Source: Candidatus Eiseniibacteriota bacterium
GTDB lineage: Bacteria; Eisenbacteria; RBG-16-71-46; CAIMUX01; VGJL01
Assembly: GCA_041946735.1 (NCBI GenBank)
Contig: JBHGAY010000031.1
Location: 1 to 59,264, forward strand
DNA length: 59,264 bases
Direction: 5' to 3'
Part shown: positions 1 through 10,061 of the stretch, in pieces
Position numbering within the stretch: the first letter of the stretch is position 1
Layout: each line of letters opens with the position of its first letter
Notes under the pieces: generated by a model
Told to the model about the DNA's origin: nothing
Seen by the model: only the letters and a program-made list of their open reading frames with translations
The model's database searches: none
Made by a program: the position numbers and the translations under genes

Positions 1-1
1 C

Positions 2-859
2 GATCTCGGCGACATCCTCTACGGCAACGTCCACATGGAGGACCGGATCGAGGTCCCGTCCGCGTGGTTCCCCCGCTGGGCGCCCGCCTCGTCCCCGGCC
101 TGGTTCCTGGGCGTCCACTTCTACGACCTCGTCCGCTGGATCCTCAAGTCCGAGGCGAAGAGCGTCCATGCCACGGGCGCCAAGAAGCGGCTTTTCGGGG
201 ACTTCGGGATCGATACCTGGGACTGCATCAACGCCAAGGTGGACTTCGAGAACGGCGCCGCCTTCACCTTCGATACGAGCTGGATCCTGCCGCCGGGCTT
301 CGAGGCGATCGTCAACCAGGGGCTCCGGATCGTCGGCACGAAAGGCCTGTTCGAGTGCGACAGCCAGGACCGCGGCACCCGGTCCTGCAACGCCCAGCCG
401 GCCAGCCGGCTAGCCAGCCAGCCGGCCGGCCGGCAGGCACTGCACCAACGCCTCCGCCGAAGACTGCGTCGGCGCCCCTACTCGTACCTCAGCGCCTCCA
501 CCGGATCGAGCCGCGACGCTCTCCACGCGGGGTACAAGCCGAAGAACAGGCCGATCGACGCCGACACGGCGACGGCGATCAGCATCCACGGCACGCTCAC
601 GGCGGCGGGCACGGGGAACGCGAGCGAAACTCCGAACGCGAGCGCCTGCCCCACCACGATCCCGATCACTCCCCCCGCTCCCGTCAGTACGGCGGCCTCC
701 ACCAGGAACTGCCCCATCAAGTCCCGTCGCCGGCACCCCACCGCCATCCGCAGGCCGATCTCGCGCGTCCGCTCCTTCACCGAGACGAGCATCATGTTCA
801 TCACCCCGATCCCGCCAACCATCAGGCCGATCGACGAGATCAGGATCATCACGAGGTAG
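2..859 (+). CDS. Gfo/Idh/MocA-family oxidoreductase, 5'-partial; recognisable sequence ends near nt 390 (possibly 3'-truncated)
   Basis: Frame open from window edge (DLGDILYGNVHMEDRI...). GVHFYDLVRW, FENGAAFTFDTSWILP and LRIVGTKG are typical of the family C-terminal domain. After ~390 the frame reads through a repeat and antisense of the next gene to the first stop at 859. Confidence 0.6.
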   Translation, partial: DLGDILYGNVHMEDRIEVPSAWFPRWAPASSPAWFLGVHFYDLVRWILKSEAKSVHATGAKKRLFGDFGIDTWDCINAKVDFENGAAFTFDTSWILPPGFEAIVNQGLRIVGTKGLFECDSQDRGTRSCNAQPASRLASQPAGRQALHQRLRRRLRRRPYSYLSASTGSSRDALHAGYKPKNRPIDADTATAISIHGTLTAAGTGNASETPNASACPTTIPITPPAPVSTAASTRNCPIKSRRRHPTAIRRPISRVRSFTETSIMFITPIPPTIRPIDEIRIITR

Positions 860-1743
860 AAGCCTTGCGTCACCTGTTTGTAGATCTGCAGCAGGTTCTC
901 CTGCGAGGTGATGCCGAAATCGTTCTCCTCGTTCGACTTCACCCCGCGCCGCCGCCGCAGCAGCTCCTCCACCTGCTCGCGCGCCGCATCCGCGACCGCC
1001 GGGCTCTTCGGCGCCGCGATCATGTAGTCGACCGAGTTGCCGTACCCGAGCTTCCGCGAGAGCCGGGTCAGCGGCATCAGCACCAGCTCGTCATTGTTCT
1101 CTCCGAGGAACTTGCCCCGTTCGTTCAGGATGCCGATCACGATCGCGCTCTCGTCGCCGACGCGGATGCGCGAGCCCAGCGCCCCGCCGCTCGGGAACAG
1201 CAGGTCCTCCACCGCAGTGCCCAGGATGCAGACCGCGCCGCCGTGCCGGACGTCCTCGTCGGTGATCGGGCGGCCCGAATCGACCGTCCGGTTGTTGACC
1301 AGGAAGTAGTCCTCCGTCGCGCCGACCACTCCGATCGACTTCGTCTCGACCGCCCCGAACGCGAGCTTGCGGCGATCCCAGATCTCGGCCGAGACCGCCT
1401 CGATCGCCGGGCAGAGCTCCTCGATCGCGGCGGCGTCCTGCACGGTCAGATCCTTCCGCGGCTTCCTCTCCTCCATCCCGCCGATGTGGATGCCGGCCTC
1501 GTGCTTCGTGATGTAGAGCACCCCGCTGCCGAGCGAGCCGATCTGCCGCGCCATCGAGCGGTTGAGCCCCTGGATCATGCTCACCATGGCGATCACGGTG
1601 GCGACGCCGATGATGATCCCGAGCAGCGTGAGACCGGAGCGCAGCTTCTGGGACCACAGCGTCCCGAGCGCCATACGGACGTTTTCGCCGGCGAGGCTCT
1701 TACGCCGCCCTCGCCCGCCGGCCGCTCGTTCCTCAGGTCTCAT
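478..1743 (-). CDS. ABC transporter permease, MacB/FtsX family
   Basis: RSGLTLLGIIIGVATV; VGGIGVMNMMLVSVKERTREIGLRMAVG; PAWRASRLDPVEALRYE. Confidence 0.95.
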   Translation of the reverse strand: MRPEERAAGGRGRRKSLAGENVRMALGTLWSQKLRSGLTLLGIIIGVATVIAMVSMIQGLNRSMARQIGSLGSGVLYITKHEAGIHIGGMEERKPRKDLTVQDAAAIEELCPAIEAVSAEIWDRRKLAFGAVETKSIGVVGATEDYFLVNNRTVDSGRPITDEDVRHGGAVCILGTAVEDLLFPSGGALGSRIRVGDESAIVIGILNERGKFLGENNDELVLMPLTRLSRKLGYGNSVDYMIAAPKSPAVADAAREQVEELLRRRRGVKSNEENDFGITSQENLLQIYKQVTQGFYLVMILISSIGLMVGGIGVMNMMLVSVKERTREIGLRMAVGCRRRDLMGQFLVEAAVLTGAGGVIGIVVGQALAFGVSLAFPVPAAVSVPWMLIAVAVSASIGLFFGLYPAWRASRLDPVEALRYE

Positions 1744-2949
1744 GGCGCAGCGCCTCGACCGGCTCGAGCCGGCTTGCGCGGATCGCCGGGTAGATGCCGA
1801 AGAACAGTCCGACCGAGGCGGCGAGTGCCAGCCCGAGCAGGACGGACCAGGCCTGGATCGCGGCCGGCAGCGGCGTCGCCGAGCGCAGCACGATCGCGCC
1901 GGCCGAGCCGAGGACGACTCCGAACGCGCCGCCGAGCGCCGCCAGCACGACCGCCTCGCTCAGAAACTGCAGGATCACGTCGCGCTGCCGCGCTCCCAGC
2001 GCGCGGCGGATCCCGATCTCGCGCGTTCGCTCCGTGACCGACACGAACATGATGTTCATGATCACGATGCCGCCGACGAGCAGGCTCACCGCGACGATGC
2101 CGACCGTGAGGCCGAAGATCCCGCTCGTGAAGTTCTTGTACAGCTCGTAGAACATTTCGGAGGTCTGCACGTCGAAGTCCGGCTCTTCCCACGGATCGAG
2201 GCCGCGCCGCAGCTTCATCAGGAGCGACGCCTCCTCCTCGGCGTCCTCCATCACCTCCCCCGACGCCGCGCGGATGTTGATCTCCATCAGATCGCGCTTG
2301 CCGAAGAGTTTCTGGTAGGTCGTCACCGGGACGAGGACGATGTTGTCCTGCGACTGCCCCAGCACGCTCCCCCGCTTCTGCAGGATCCCGACCACCCGAA
2401 AGCGGTGGCGTCCGATTCGCAGGTCCTTGCCGACCGGGTCGATCCCCTCGAAGAGCTTCTCGCGCACCTGCTCCCCGATCACCGCGACCGCCGCGCGCCC
2501 CTGCACGTCCTGTCGGTCGAGGTGGCGGCCGGTGTCGAGGTCCATCGTGCGCAGGTCCGGATAGCCGTCGCCGATCCCGACGACCCTCGCGCCATCGGCG
2601 TCCTCGCCGTGGAAGTGGAGCGTCTCGGAGCGGCTCACGACCGGCACCACGGCGATGGCGTTCTCCATCCCCCGGGAAAGCGCCTCGGCGTCGGCCAGGG
2701 TGAGATCCTTCCGGCGCATCATCTTCATCCATTGGTCGTAGTCGGTGACCATCCCGAACTTCGAGACGGTGAAAACGTGGCTGCCGGTCGAGAGGATCTT
2801 GTCGGCGACGTAGGAGTTCAGGCCGTTGATCACCGCGACGACGGCGACGACCGAGCTGACGGCGACGACGTTGCCGAGGATCGTGAGGAAGCTCCGCAGC
2901 CGGTTCGACCAGAGGACGCCGAGGGCCAGGCGGAGCGCCTCGCGAAGGC

Positions 2950-2953
<4 letters not shown>
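1733..2953 (-). CDS. ABC transporter permease, MacB/FtsX family (second paralogue)
   Basis: [54 protein letters not shown]. Confidence 0.95.
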
Positions 2954-3705
<752 letters not shown>

Positions 3706-3787
3706 CGTTTGCTGGTCCTTGCTTGGTAGCCCTTTCCTCTGCCTATGCCTATGCGGTCCTCTGTCCGTCGCGACCCGGCGGCGGCCG

Positions 3788-5224
3788 TCAGGCGCCGTCC
3801 TCGTCCTTCTTCTCCTTGCTCCCCTTCTTCTTCTTCTCGAGGCGGACGGCCTCACCGTCCTTCAGCCGCCGGAGCGTCTTGTACGGCCCGACGATCAGGG
3901 TCGACCCGATCTGCACGTCGCCCGCCACCTCGACGTGCGTCTCGCCCCGGATTCCGAGATCGAGCGGGACGAAGCGCGCCTTGCCGTTCTCCATGAGGAA
4001 GACGCCCTCCTGCAGCTGCCGCGCCGCGGCCGAGGTGGTGTCGGCCGCCTCGTCGGCGGTCGCCTGCGCGGCGGCCGAAGGCTCTGCGCCGGCGCCGGCT
4101 CCCGCATCGGTCCCCGCATCCGTCTCCGCGTCCGGCGCCTGGGCGGCGGTCGCCGCCTCGGCCTTCACCCTCGCCTTGCCCTTCCCGCCGTCCTCTCCCG
4201 AGGCAAGCTTTTCCTCCCGCTCCCGCTTCCACTTGTCGACGACGGAGGCGGGCCGCGCGGAGAGCGCCTGCAGCGGCACGGAGAGGGTCGCCTCGCGTTC
4301 CCCGGTGAGGATCTCGACGTCCGCGTTCATCCCGGGCCGGAGCGCGGGATGGGGATGCTGCAACAGGACGGCCACCTCGAAGCTCGTCGCCTCCTGCGCG
4401 GCGCCGGTCGTTCCGCGTCCCGATTGGCCGACGCGCGTGACCGTCCCTTCGAGGACGGTGTCGGGAAGCGCATCGACGAGGACGCGCGCCCGCTGCCCGA
4501 TCCGCACGTGGACGACGTCGGTCTCGTCCACCGTCGCCACCACCTCGATCGCGGAGAGATCCGAGAGGGTCAGGATCACCGTCCCCGGATTGTTCATCGT
4601 CCCGGTGACGACGTTCTCCCCCACCTTGATGTTCAGCGCAGTGACGACCCCGTCCATCGGCGAGTAGAAGACCGTCTCCTTGAGGTCCTTCTCCGCCTGC
4701 GCCAGCGCCGCCTTCGCGCGGCGCACCTCCTCGCGCGCCGCCTCCGCCTGCGCGGTGGCAACCTCCGCGCGCGTGCGGATCGCGATCGCCTCTTGCTCCG
4801 ACTGGAGGTCCTGGCTCCGCAGCTTCTCGCTCCGCTCGAGGTTGAGCTTCGCTTCCTTCTCCTGCGCCTCGGAGAGCGCCCGCTGCGCCTCGGCCGCCTG
4901 GATGGCCGCGCGATACTGCGCGACCTGGGAGCGGTAGCGCTCGTCGTCGAGACGGAGCAGGAGATCGCCCGCGCGCACCGGATCGCCTTCCTCGACCGCC
5001 AGCTCCGCCACACGTCCCATCACGTTGCTCGACACCTGCACGCGCGAGACCGCCTGGATGCGGCCGGGCGCTCGCACCCAGGCCTCGACCCGGTGGAGGC
5101 CTACCGTCTCGACCTTCACCTCCGGACCGGAGGAGCGGCTCTTCGGGCGCAGATTCGCGCCGACCAGACCGAGCAGGACCAGGACGCCGATCCCGATCCA
5201 CAGGGTGCGCTTTCGGATCTTCAT
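3788..5224 (-). CDS. Efflux periplasmic adaptor (MacA/HlyD family)
   Basis: N-terminal TM, lipoyl-like [17 protein letters not shown], coiled coil, [25 protein letters not shown] before ATG 5224. Confidence 0.92.
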   Translation of the reverse strand: MKIRKRTLWIGIGVLVLLGLVGANLRPKSRSSGPEVKVETVGLHRVEAWVRAPGRIQAVSRVQVSSNVMGRVAELAVEEGDPVRAGDLLLRLDDERYRSQVAQYRAAIQAAEAQRALSEAQEKEAKLNLERSEKLRSQDLQSEQEAIAIRTRAEVATAQAEAAREEVRRAKAALAQAEKDLKETVFYSPMDGVVTALNIKVGENVVTGTMNNPGTVILTLSDLSAIEVVATVDETDVVHVRIGQRARVLVDALPDTVLEGTVTRVGQSGRGTTGAAQEATSFEVAVLLQHPHPALRPGMNADVEILTGEREATLSVPLQALSARPASVVDKWKREREEKLASGEDGGKGKARVKAEAATAAQAPDAETDAGTDAGAGAGAEPSAAAQATADEAADTTSAAARQLQEGVFLMENGKARFVPLDLGIRGETHVEVAGDVQIGSTLIVGPYKTLRRLKDGEAVRLEKKKKGSKEKKDEDGA

Positions 5225-5302
5225 GGACGACTCCTTCCGGCGAACAGCGTAGAACACCCGTTCGCTCGAAGCGAGGCGAAGCCGCGCCGGGCGTGAGGCA
5301 CT

Positions 5303-6670
5303 CTACCCGATCGCACGCTGGAGCTGCGCGACGGCCAGGTGGAGGTCGATCTGCGCCTGGACGAGCGAGACCCGCGCCCGGGTCAGCTCGGCCTGGGCGT
5401 TGTTCAGCTCGAGGATCGTGCCGCCGCCGTTCTCGTAGAGCGCCTGTTGGAGCTTCAGGTTCTCCTCGGCGAGTTGCACGGACGCCTCCGCCGCCGAGAT
5501 CGATTCGCGCGCGTTCTGGATCGCGATCCTCGCCTCCCGGACGTCGAGCTCCGTCTGCAGCTCCTGGCGCCTCACCTCCTCGCGCGCGGCGAGCGCCTGG
5601 GCGTTCGTCCGCTGAACCGCTCCGATCTTCGAGAGTCCCGGGAAGATGTCCCAGCGGAGGCCGAGCGTGAAGCCCCAGCGCGCATCGTCCTTCAGATGTC
5701 CCAGGTCCCAGATGTCCGCGCGGGAATCGGCCGTCTTCGAGTAGAAAAGGCTCCCGTCGATCGAGGGGAACTGCGACCAGAAGGCGGAGCGGTAGTCGAG
5801 ATGCGCCGCGCGCGACGACTCCCGCGCGCGCTGCAGCTCGGGCTTGCTACGCATCGCCTCCTGGATCCAGGCGGGCTCTCCGGCCTCTCCGGTCTCCTCG
5901 ATCGCCGGTTCGGGAAGATCGGTGGTGACGTCGATCTCCTCGGTCACGGGGCGTCCGAGCAGGGTCGCGAGAAACGCGCGCTCCTGCTCCACCCGGTTGC
6001 GCGCCGCGATCTCGTCGCGCTCCGCGGTCGCCCGGTTGACTTGGGCCTGCAGCACGTCGCTGCGCGCCACCGAGCCGAGGTCGAAGAGGGCCTGCGAGCG
6101 GCGGAGCTGCTCCTCCGCGACGGAGAGCGCCTCGGCCGCGACCTGCTGCAAGCGGATCGCTCCGACGAGATTGAAGAACTGCTGCCGCACGGTGAGGATC
6201 ACGTCCTGGCGCGCGATCCGGTACGTCTGCCGGCTGGCCGCCAGGCTCGCTCCGGCCGCCGAGACCGAGTACCAGTCCGAGGGACTGATGATCGGCTGGC
6301 TCACGCTGCCGCTCAAGCTGTAGCTGTCGTCGGTCTCGGAGGTGATGATCCGGTTGGTGAACGGGTCGACCCGAGGCTCCCCGTAGCGGCTCGTCGTCTG
6401 CGAGTACTGCGTCTGCAGCGAGATCGAGGGAAGGACGGCGCTGTAGCTGCTCAGACGGGTCCCGCGCGCCGCCTTGAGGTCGTAGGCGGCCGCAGCGAGC
6501 CCCGGATTGTTCCGGAGCGCCTCGTCCACCGCCTGGTCGACCGTGAGCGGACCTCCGGGCGCCGGCTGTCCGCGCACGGCCGGAGCGAGCAGGACCGCCA
6601 GACAGCCGGCGAGGAGCAGCCGCGCGTTCCAGCCGTGCCCGCCGTTCCGTCCATTTCTCGATTCACGCAT
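5303..6670 (-). CDS. TolC-family outer membrane protein
   Basis: Signal peptide, LTVDQAVDEALRNNP, two helical repeats (LFDLGSVARSDVLQAQ / LYENGGGTILELNNAQ); CAGGAGG RBS. Confidence 0.9.
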   Translation of the reverse strand: MRESRNGRNGGHGWNARLLLAGCLAVLLAPAVRGQPAPGGPLTVDQAVDEALRNNPGLAAAAYDLKAARGTRLSSYSAVLPSISLQTQYSQTTSRYGEPRVDPFTNRIITSETDDSYSLSGSVSQPIISPSDWYSVSAAGASLAASRQTYRIARQDVILTVRQQFFNLVGAIRLQQVAAEALSVAEEQLRRSQALFDLGSVARSDVLQAQVNRATAERDEIAARNRVEQERAFLATLLGRPVTEEIDVTTDLPEPAIEETGEAGEPAWIQEAMRSKPELQRARESSRAAHLDYRSAFWSQFPSIDGSLFYSKTADSRADIWDLGHLKDDARWGFTLGLRWDIFPGLSKIGAVQRTNAQALAAREEVRRQELQTELDVREARIAIQNARESISAAEASVQLAEENLKLQQALYENGGGTILELNNAQAELTRARVSLVQAQIDLHLAVAQLQRAIG

Positions 6671-6712
6671 CGTGACCTCCTGTCCGAAAGTCGCCCGACC
6701 GTCCAGTCCCCA

Positions 6713-6739
6713 AACGGATGGGCAGGCGAAAAGGTTTCC
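6713..6739 (-). promoter_or_regulatory. Candidate ECF-sigma promoter GGAAAC-N17-CGTT upstream of tolC
   Basis: Minus strand GGAAAC CTTTTCGCCTGCCCATC CGTT in the 90-nt intergenic gap. Confidence 0.45.
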
Positions 6740-6760
6740 TCTCTTTTTCCGCAAAGCGAA

Positions 6761-7174
6761 TCAGGGCTCCGGCGGCCGGCTCCCGAACGTCACGTTGCGC
6801 ACGCGGACCGCCCGGATCTCGCGCAGGAGCCGATCGACCGTCGCGTACGGGACGTCCCGGTCGATCTGGAGCGCCAGCGTCAAGCCCGGATCGGCGGCCA
6901 GGGCGCGCTCCAGGGCGGGGCCGACCTCATCGATCGCGACCGGTCGCTCGCCGATCGTCACCACGCCCGCGCGGTCGATCCACAGCCGGATCCCTTCCTC
7001 GCGAGACGCCCGCACGCCCGACTCGGCCTCGGGAAGATCGACCGCGACGCGCTCCTGCAGCCGGAACAGCGAGCTGGTGAGGAAGAAGATCAGCAGCAGG
7101 AAGGCGATGTCCGCCATCGACGCCGTCGGGATCGTCGCGGGCACGCGCGGGCCGCGGGGGATGCGCAGGCTCAC
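6761..7174 (-). CDS. exbD: Biopolymer transporter ExbD/TolR
   Basis: SMADIAFLLLIFF TM motif with conserved Asp; GTG start overlaps upstream TGA. Confidence 0.9.
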   Translation of the reverse strand: MSLRIPRGPRVPATIPTASMADIAFLLLIFFLTSSLFRLQERVAVDLPEAESGVRASREEGIRLWIDRAGVVTIGERPVAIDEVGPALERALAADPGLTLALQIDRDVPYATVDRLLREIRAVRVRNVTFGSRPPEP

Positions 7175-7593
7175 CGGGGCGCCTCCTCGCTCGAAGCCAT
7201 CCGGAAGTCGAGCCGCGTCACGCCCGCTTTGCGGATCTCGTCGAGGAAGCCGACCATCGCTCCGTATGGAGCCTCCGGATCGGTCTCGAGGCGGAGGACC
7301 AGCTTCGGGTCGGCCGCGATCCTCGCTCGGACGGCGTCGGCGGCCAGCCACGGATCGACCGCGCGCCCATCGAGCAACCACTCGCCGCTCGCTCGCACGC
7401 GAGCGATCAGCACGTCACGGCGCGCGACCTGCGCGGGCGCCGCCTTCCATGCGGGGAGGACGACCGGGATCCCGACCTCGACGGTGAAGGCCGTTGCCGA
7501 GAGGAAGAAGATGAGCAGCAGGAAGGCGACGTCGGAAGCCGACGCCTGCGAGATCTCCGGCGTGACGCGGCGGCGGCCGCGGATCCGGATCAT
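7171..7593 (-). CDS. exbD: Biopolymer transporter ExbD/TolR (second copy)
   Basis: SASDVAFLLLIFF; LETDPEAPYGAMVGFLDEIRKAG. Confidence 0.9.
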   Translation of the reverse strand: MIRIRGRRRVTPEISQASASDVAFLLLIFFLSATAFTVEVGIPVVLPAWKAAPAQVARRDVLIARVRASGEWLLDGRAVDPWLAADAVRARIAADPKLVLRLETDPEAPYGAMVGFLDEIRKAGVTRLDFRMASSEEAPR

Positions 7594-7597
7594 CGCC

Positions 7598-8536
7598 TCA
7601 TCCTCCGCCGGCGGCGCCTCCGCCGCCCTCTCCCATGCCGGCCGCGCTCTCGGCCGGCCGCCCCGTCTGCCGCTCGAGGATCGAGATGAGATCGAGCGAG
7701 TCCTCCTCGACCTCCGTGACGAAACGGTCGATGCGCCCGACGAAGTAGTTGTGGAACGCCTGGACCGGGATTGCGATGATGAGCCCCGCCTCGGTGGTGA
7801 TCAGCGCTTCCTCGATTCCGCTCGCCACGATGCGCGCCGTGATCTGGTCGGCGGCGGCGATGTTCGCGAAGGCGTGGATCATTCCGGAGACGGTGCCGAG
7901 GAAGCCGAGTAGCGGCGCGATGTTCGCGACCGTCGCGAGCCACAGCAGTCCGCGCTGTAGAAACGCCACCTCGATCGAGCCGGCCGCTTCGATCGCGCGC
8001 TCGACCTGCGAGACCCCCTCGCCGGCGCGGCCGAGGCCGGCCCGCAGGATGCGTGCGATGGGGACGCGATGCCCCCGGCATCGCGCGATCGCTTCGGCGA
8101 CCCCTTGGGTCTGGAGCATTCGCAGGACGTCCTCGACGAGCGGCTGCGAATCCCGCGTCGCCTTGCGGAAGGCGTAGAGGCGCTCGAGGATCACGGCGAG
8201 GCCGGCGACCGAGCAGGCGAGGAGCGGCCACATGAAGACCCCGCCGCGCTCGAACCAGTCGAGGAATCCGCGGATCTCCGTGTAGCCGCCCGCCCCGCGC
8301 GCGGCCGCGCCACTCGGTGCTGCCGTGCCGCCCGGTGCCGCCGTGCCGCCCGGTGCGGGTGTCGCCGCGGCGTCGGACGCCGGGGCCGGCTCCCCCGGCT
8401 GCTGGGCCCGCGAAGCGATCGAGACGGCCAGGGCCAGGGCCATCCCGAGGACGGCGAGAAGGAGAGCGGCGGGAAGAAGCCCCCTCAGGCTTCGAGCCCG
8501 GGGAGCCGGAAAGCGACGGCGTTCACAGTCCCTCAT
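7598..8536 (-). CDS. exbB: MotA/TolQ/ExbB proton channel protein
   Basis: GGVFMWPL, APLLGFLGTVSGMIHAF, GIEEALITTEAGLIIAIP. Confidence 0.92.
   Translation of the reverse strand: MRDCERRRFPAPRARSLRGLLPAALLLAVLGMALALAVSIASRAQQPGEPAPASDAAATPAPGGTAAPGGTAAPSGAAARGAGGYTEIRGFLDWFERGGVFMWPLLACSVAGLAVILERLYAFRKATRDSQPLVEDVLRMLQTQGVAEAIARCRGHRVPIARILRAGLGRAGEGVSQVERAIEAAGSIEVAFLQRGLLWLATVANIAPLLGFLGTVSGMIHAFANIAAADQITARIVASGIEEALITTEAGLIIAIPVQAFHNYFVGRIDRFVTEVEEDSLDLISILERQTGRPAESAAGMGEGGGGAAGGG
8315..8356. repeat. 18-nt tandem repeat (about 2.3 copies) encoding APGGTA in the ExbB N-terminal linker
   Basis: cggtgctgccgtgccgcc cggtgccgccgtgccgcc cggtgc. Confidence 0.8.
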
Positions 8537-8580
8537 CGATCTCGGACCTCCCGACCTCGAACCACGGCAACCCCCAGGCG

Positions 8581-8609
8581 AGCCTAGGAACGGGGCCGGG
8601 ACTCGTCAA
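8581..8609 (-). promoter_or_regulatory. sigma70-type promoter for exbB
   Basis: TTGACG-N17-TAGGCT. Confidence 0.6.
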
Positions 8610-8626
8610 TCGCTTCCGGCGCGGCT

Positions 8627-9937
8627 CTAGGGATAGATGCGGTAGAGCATCCTCGGGAACGGGATCGCCTCGCGCAGGTGATCGAGCCCGCAGATCCAGG
8701 AGAGGGTCCTCTCGATCCCCATGCCGAATCCGGCGTGCGGGACCGACCCGTAGCGCCGCAGATCGAGGTACCACTCGTACGGCTCCTTCGGGAGGCCGTG
8801 CTCCTCGAAGCGGGTCTCGAGCAACTCCAGCGAGTCCTCCCTCTGGCCGCCGCCGCAGATCTCGCCGTAGCCCTCGGGGGCGAGAAGGTCGACCGAGAGC
8901 GAGAGGCGCGGATCGTCCGCGTCGCGCTTCATGTAGAACGCCTTCACCGGAGCCGGGTAGCGGTGGACGAAGACGGGCCGGTCGTAGCGCTGGGAGACCG
9001 TCGTCTCGTCGGGGGCCCCGAAGTCCCCGCCCCACTCGAAGTCGCTGCCCGACTCCTTCAGGATCGCGACCGCGTCGTTGTAGTGAACGCGCGGGAAGGG
9101 GGGCTGGACCGCCTCCAGCGGGGCAAGCGGGCGCTCGAGCGTCTCGAGGTGCTTGCGGCATCGGGTCAGGATCCGCTGGACGAGATAGACGATCATCTCC
9201 TCCTCGAGATCCATCACGTCGTCAAGATCGGCGAACGCCATCTCCGGCTCGAGCATCCAGAACTCGGTCAGGTGGCGGCGCGTCTTCGACTTCTCCGCGC
9301 GGAAGGTGGGGCCGAGGCAGTACACCTTGCGGAACGCCATCGCCGCCGCTTCCATGTAGAGCTGGCCCGACTGGGTCAGATACGCCTTCTCGTCGAAGTA
9401 CGGGGTCTCGAAGAGCGTGGTCGTCCCCTCGCAGGCCGCGGGGGTGAAGATCGGCGCGTCGATCAGCGTGAACCCCTTGTCGTAGAAGAAGTCGCGGCAA
9501 CCCTTCAGGAACTCGTTGCGGATCGAGAGGATCGCGTGCGGCCGCGAGGAGCGCAGCCACAAGTGGCGCCGCTCGAGCAGGAAGGCTGCGCCGTGCTCCT
9601 TCGGCGAGATCGGATATTCGCGCGCCGGGGACAGCACCCGCAGATCGCGCAGACCAACCTCGTAGCCTCCCGGAGAGCGCGGATCCTTGCGGACCTCCCC
9701 GCGCAGCTCGACCGCGTCCTCCACCTGGAGCCCCGCGATCGCCTCGAACGCCTCGGGGGACACGTCGCTTCGCGAGGCAACCGCCTGCACGCGGCCGGTC
9801 CCGTCCCGGAGGTCGACGAAGGCGATCTTGCCGGAGGAGCGGACGTGCAGGATCCATCCGCGGAGGGTCACCTCCTGTCCGTCGCGCTCTCCGATGTGGC
9901 GGATCTCGATCTCCTGGCCCCGGGCTGGCTCCGACAC
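8627..9937 (-). CDS. asnS: Asparagine--tRNA ligase
   Basis: OB-fold start, [66 protein letters not shown]. Confidence 0.96.
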   Translation of the reverse strand: MSEPARGQEIEIRHIGERDGQEVTLRGWILHVRSSGKIAFVDLRDGTGRVQAVASRSDVSPEAFEAIAGLQVEDAVELRGEVRKDPRSPGGYEVGLRDLRVLSPAREYPISPKEHGAAFLLERRHLWLRSSRPHAILSIRNEFLKGCRDFFYDKGFTLIDAPIFTPAACEGTTTLFETPYFDEKAYLTQSGQLYMEAAAMAFRKVYCLGPTFRAEKSKTRRHLTEFWMLEPEMAFADLDDVMDLEEEMIVYLVQRILTRCRKHLETLERPLAPLEAVQPPFPRVHYNDAVAILKESGSDFEWGGDFGAPDETTVSQRYDRPVFVHRYPAPVKAFYMKRDADDPRLSLSVDLLAPEGYGEICGGGQREDSLELLETRFEEHGLPKEPYEWYLDLRRYGSVPHAGFGMGIERTLSWICGLDHLREAIPFPRMLYRIYP

Positions 9938-10021
9938 GTTTTCCTCCCCTGCCGCCCGTGCGTCCTCAAGTCTCGAAGCGGACTTCCGATAGAGAGAAAA
10001 GGGGCACGGACACGGTTTCCC

Positions 10022-10051
10022 AAGCTACCGGGAGGCCCAACGGAGTGTCAA
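10022..10051 (-). promoter_or_regulatory. sigma70-type promoter for asnS
   Basis: TTGACA-N18-TAGCTT. Confidence 0.6.
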
Positions 10052-10061
10052 CGCCAAACCC

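Noticed and set aside
9938..10061. T-box riboswitch upstream of asnS
   Set aside because: Leader too short (about 80 nt after the promoter) and no T-box consensus.
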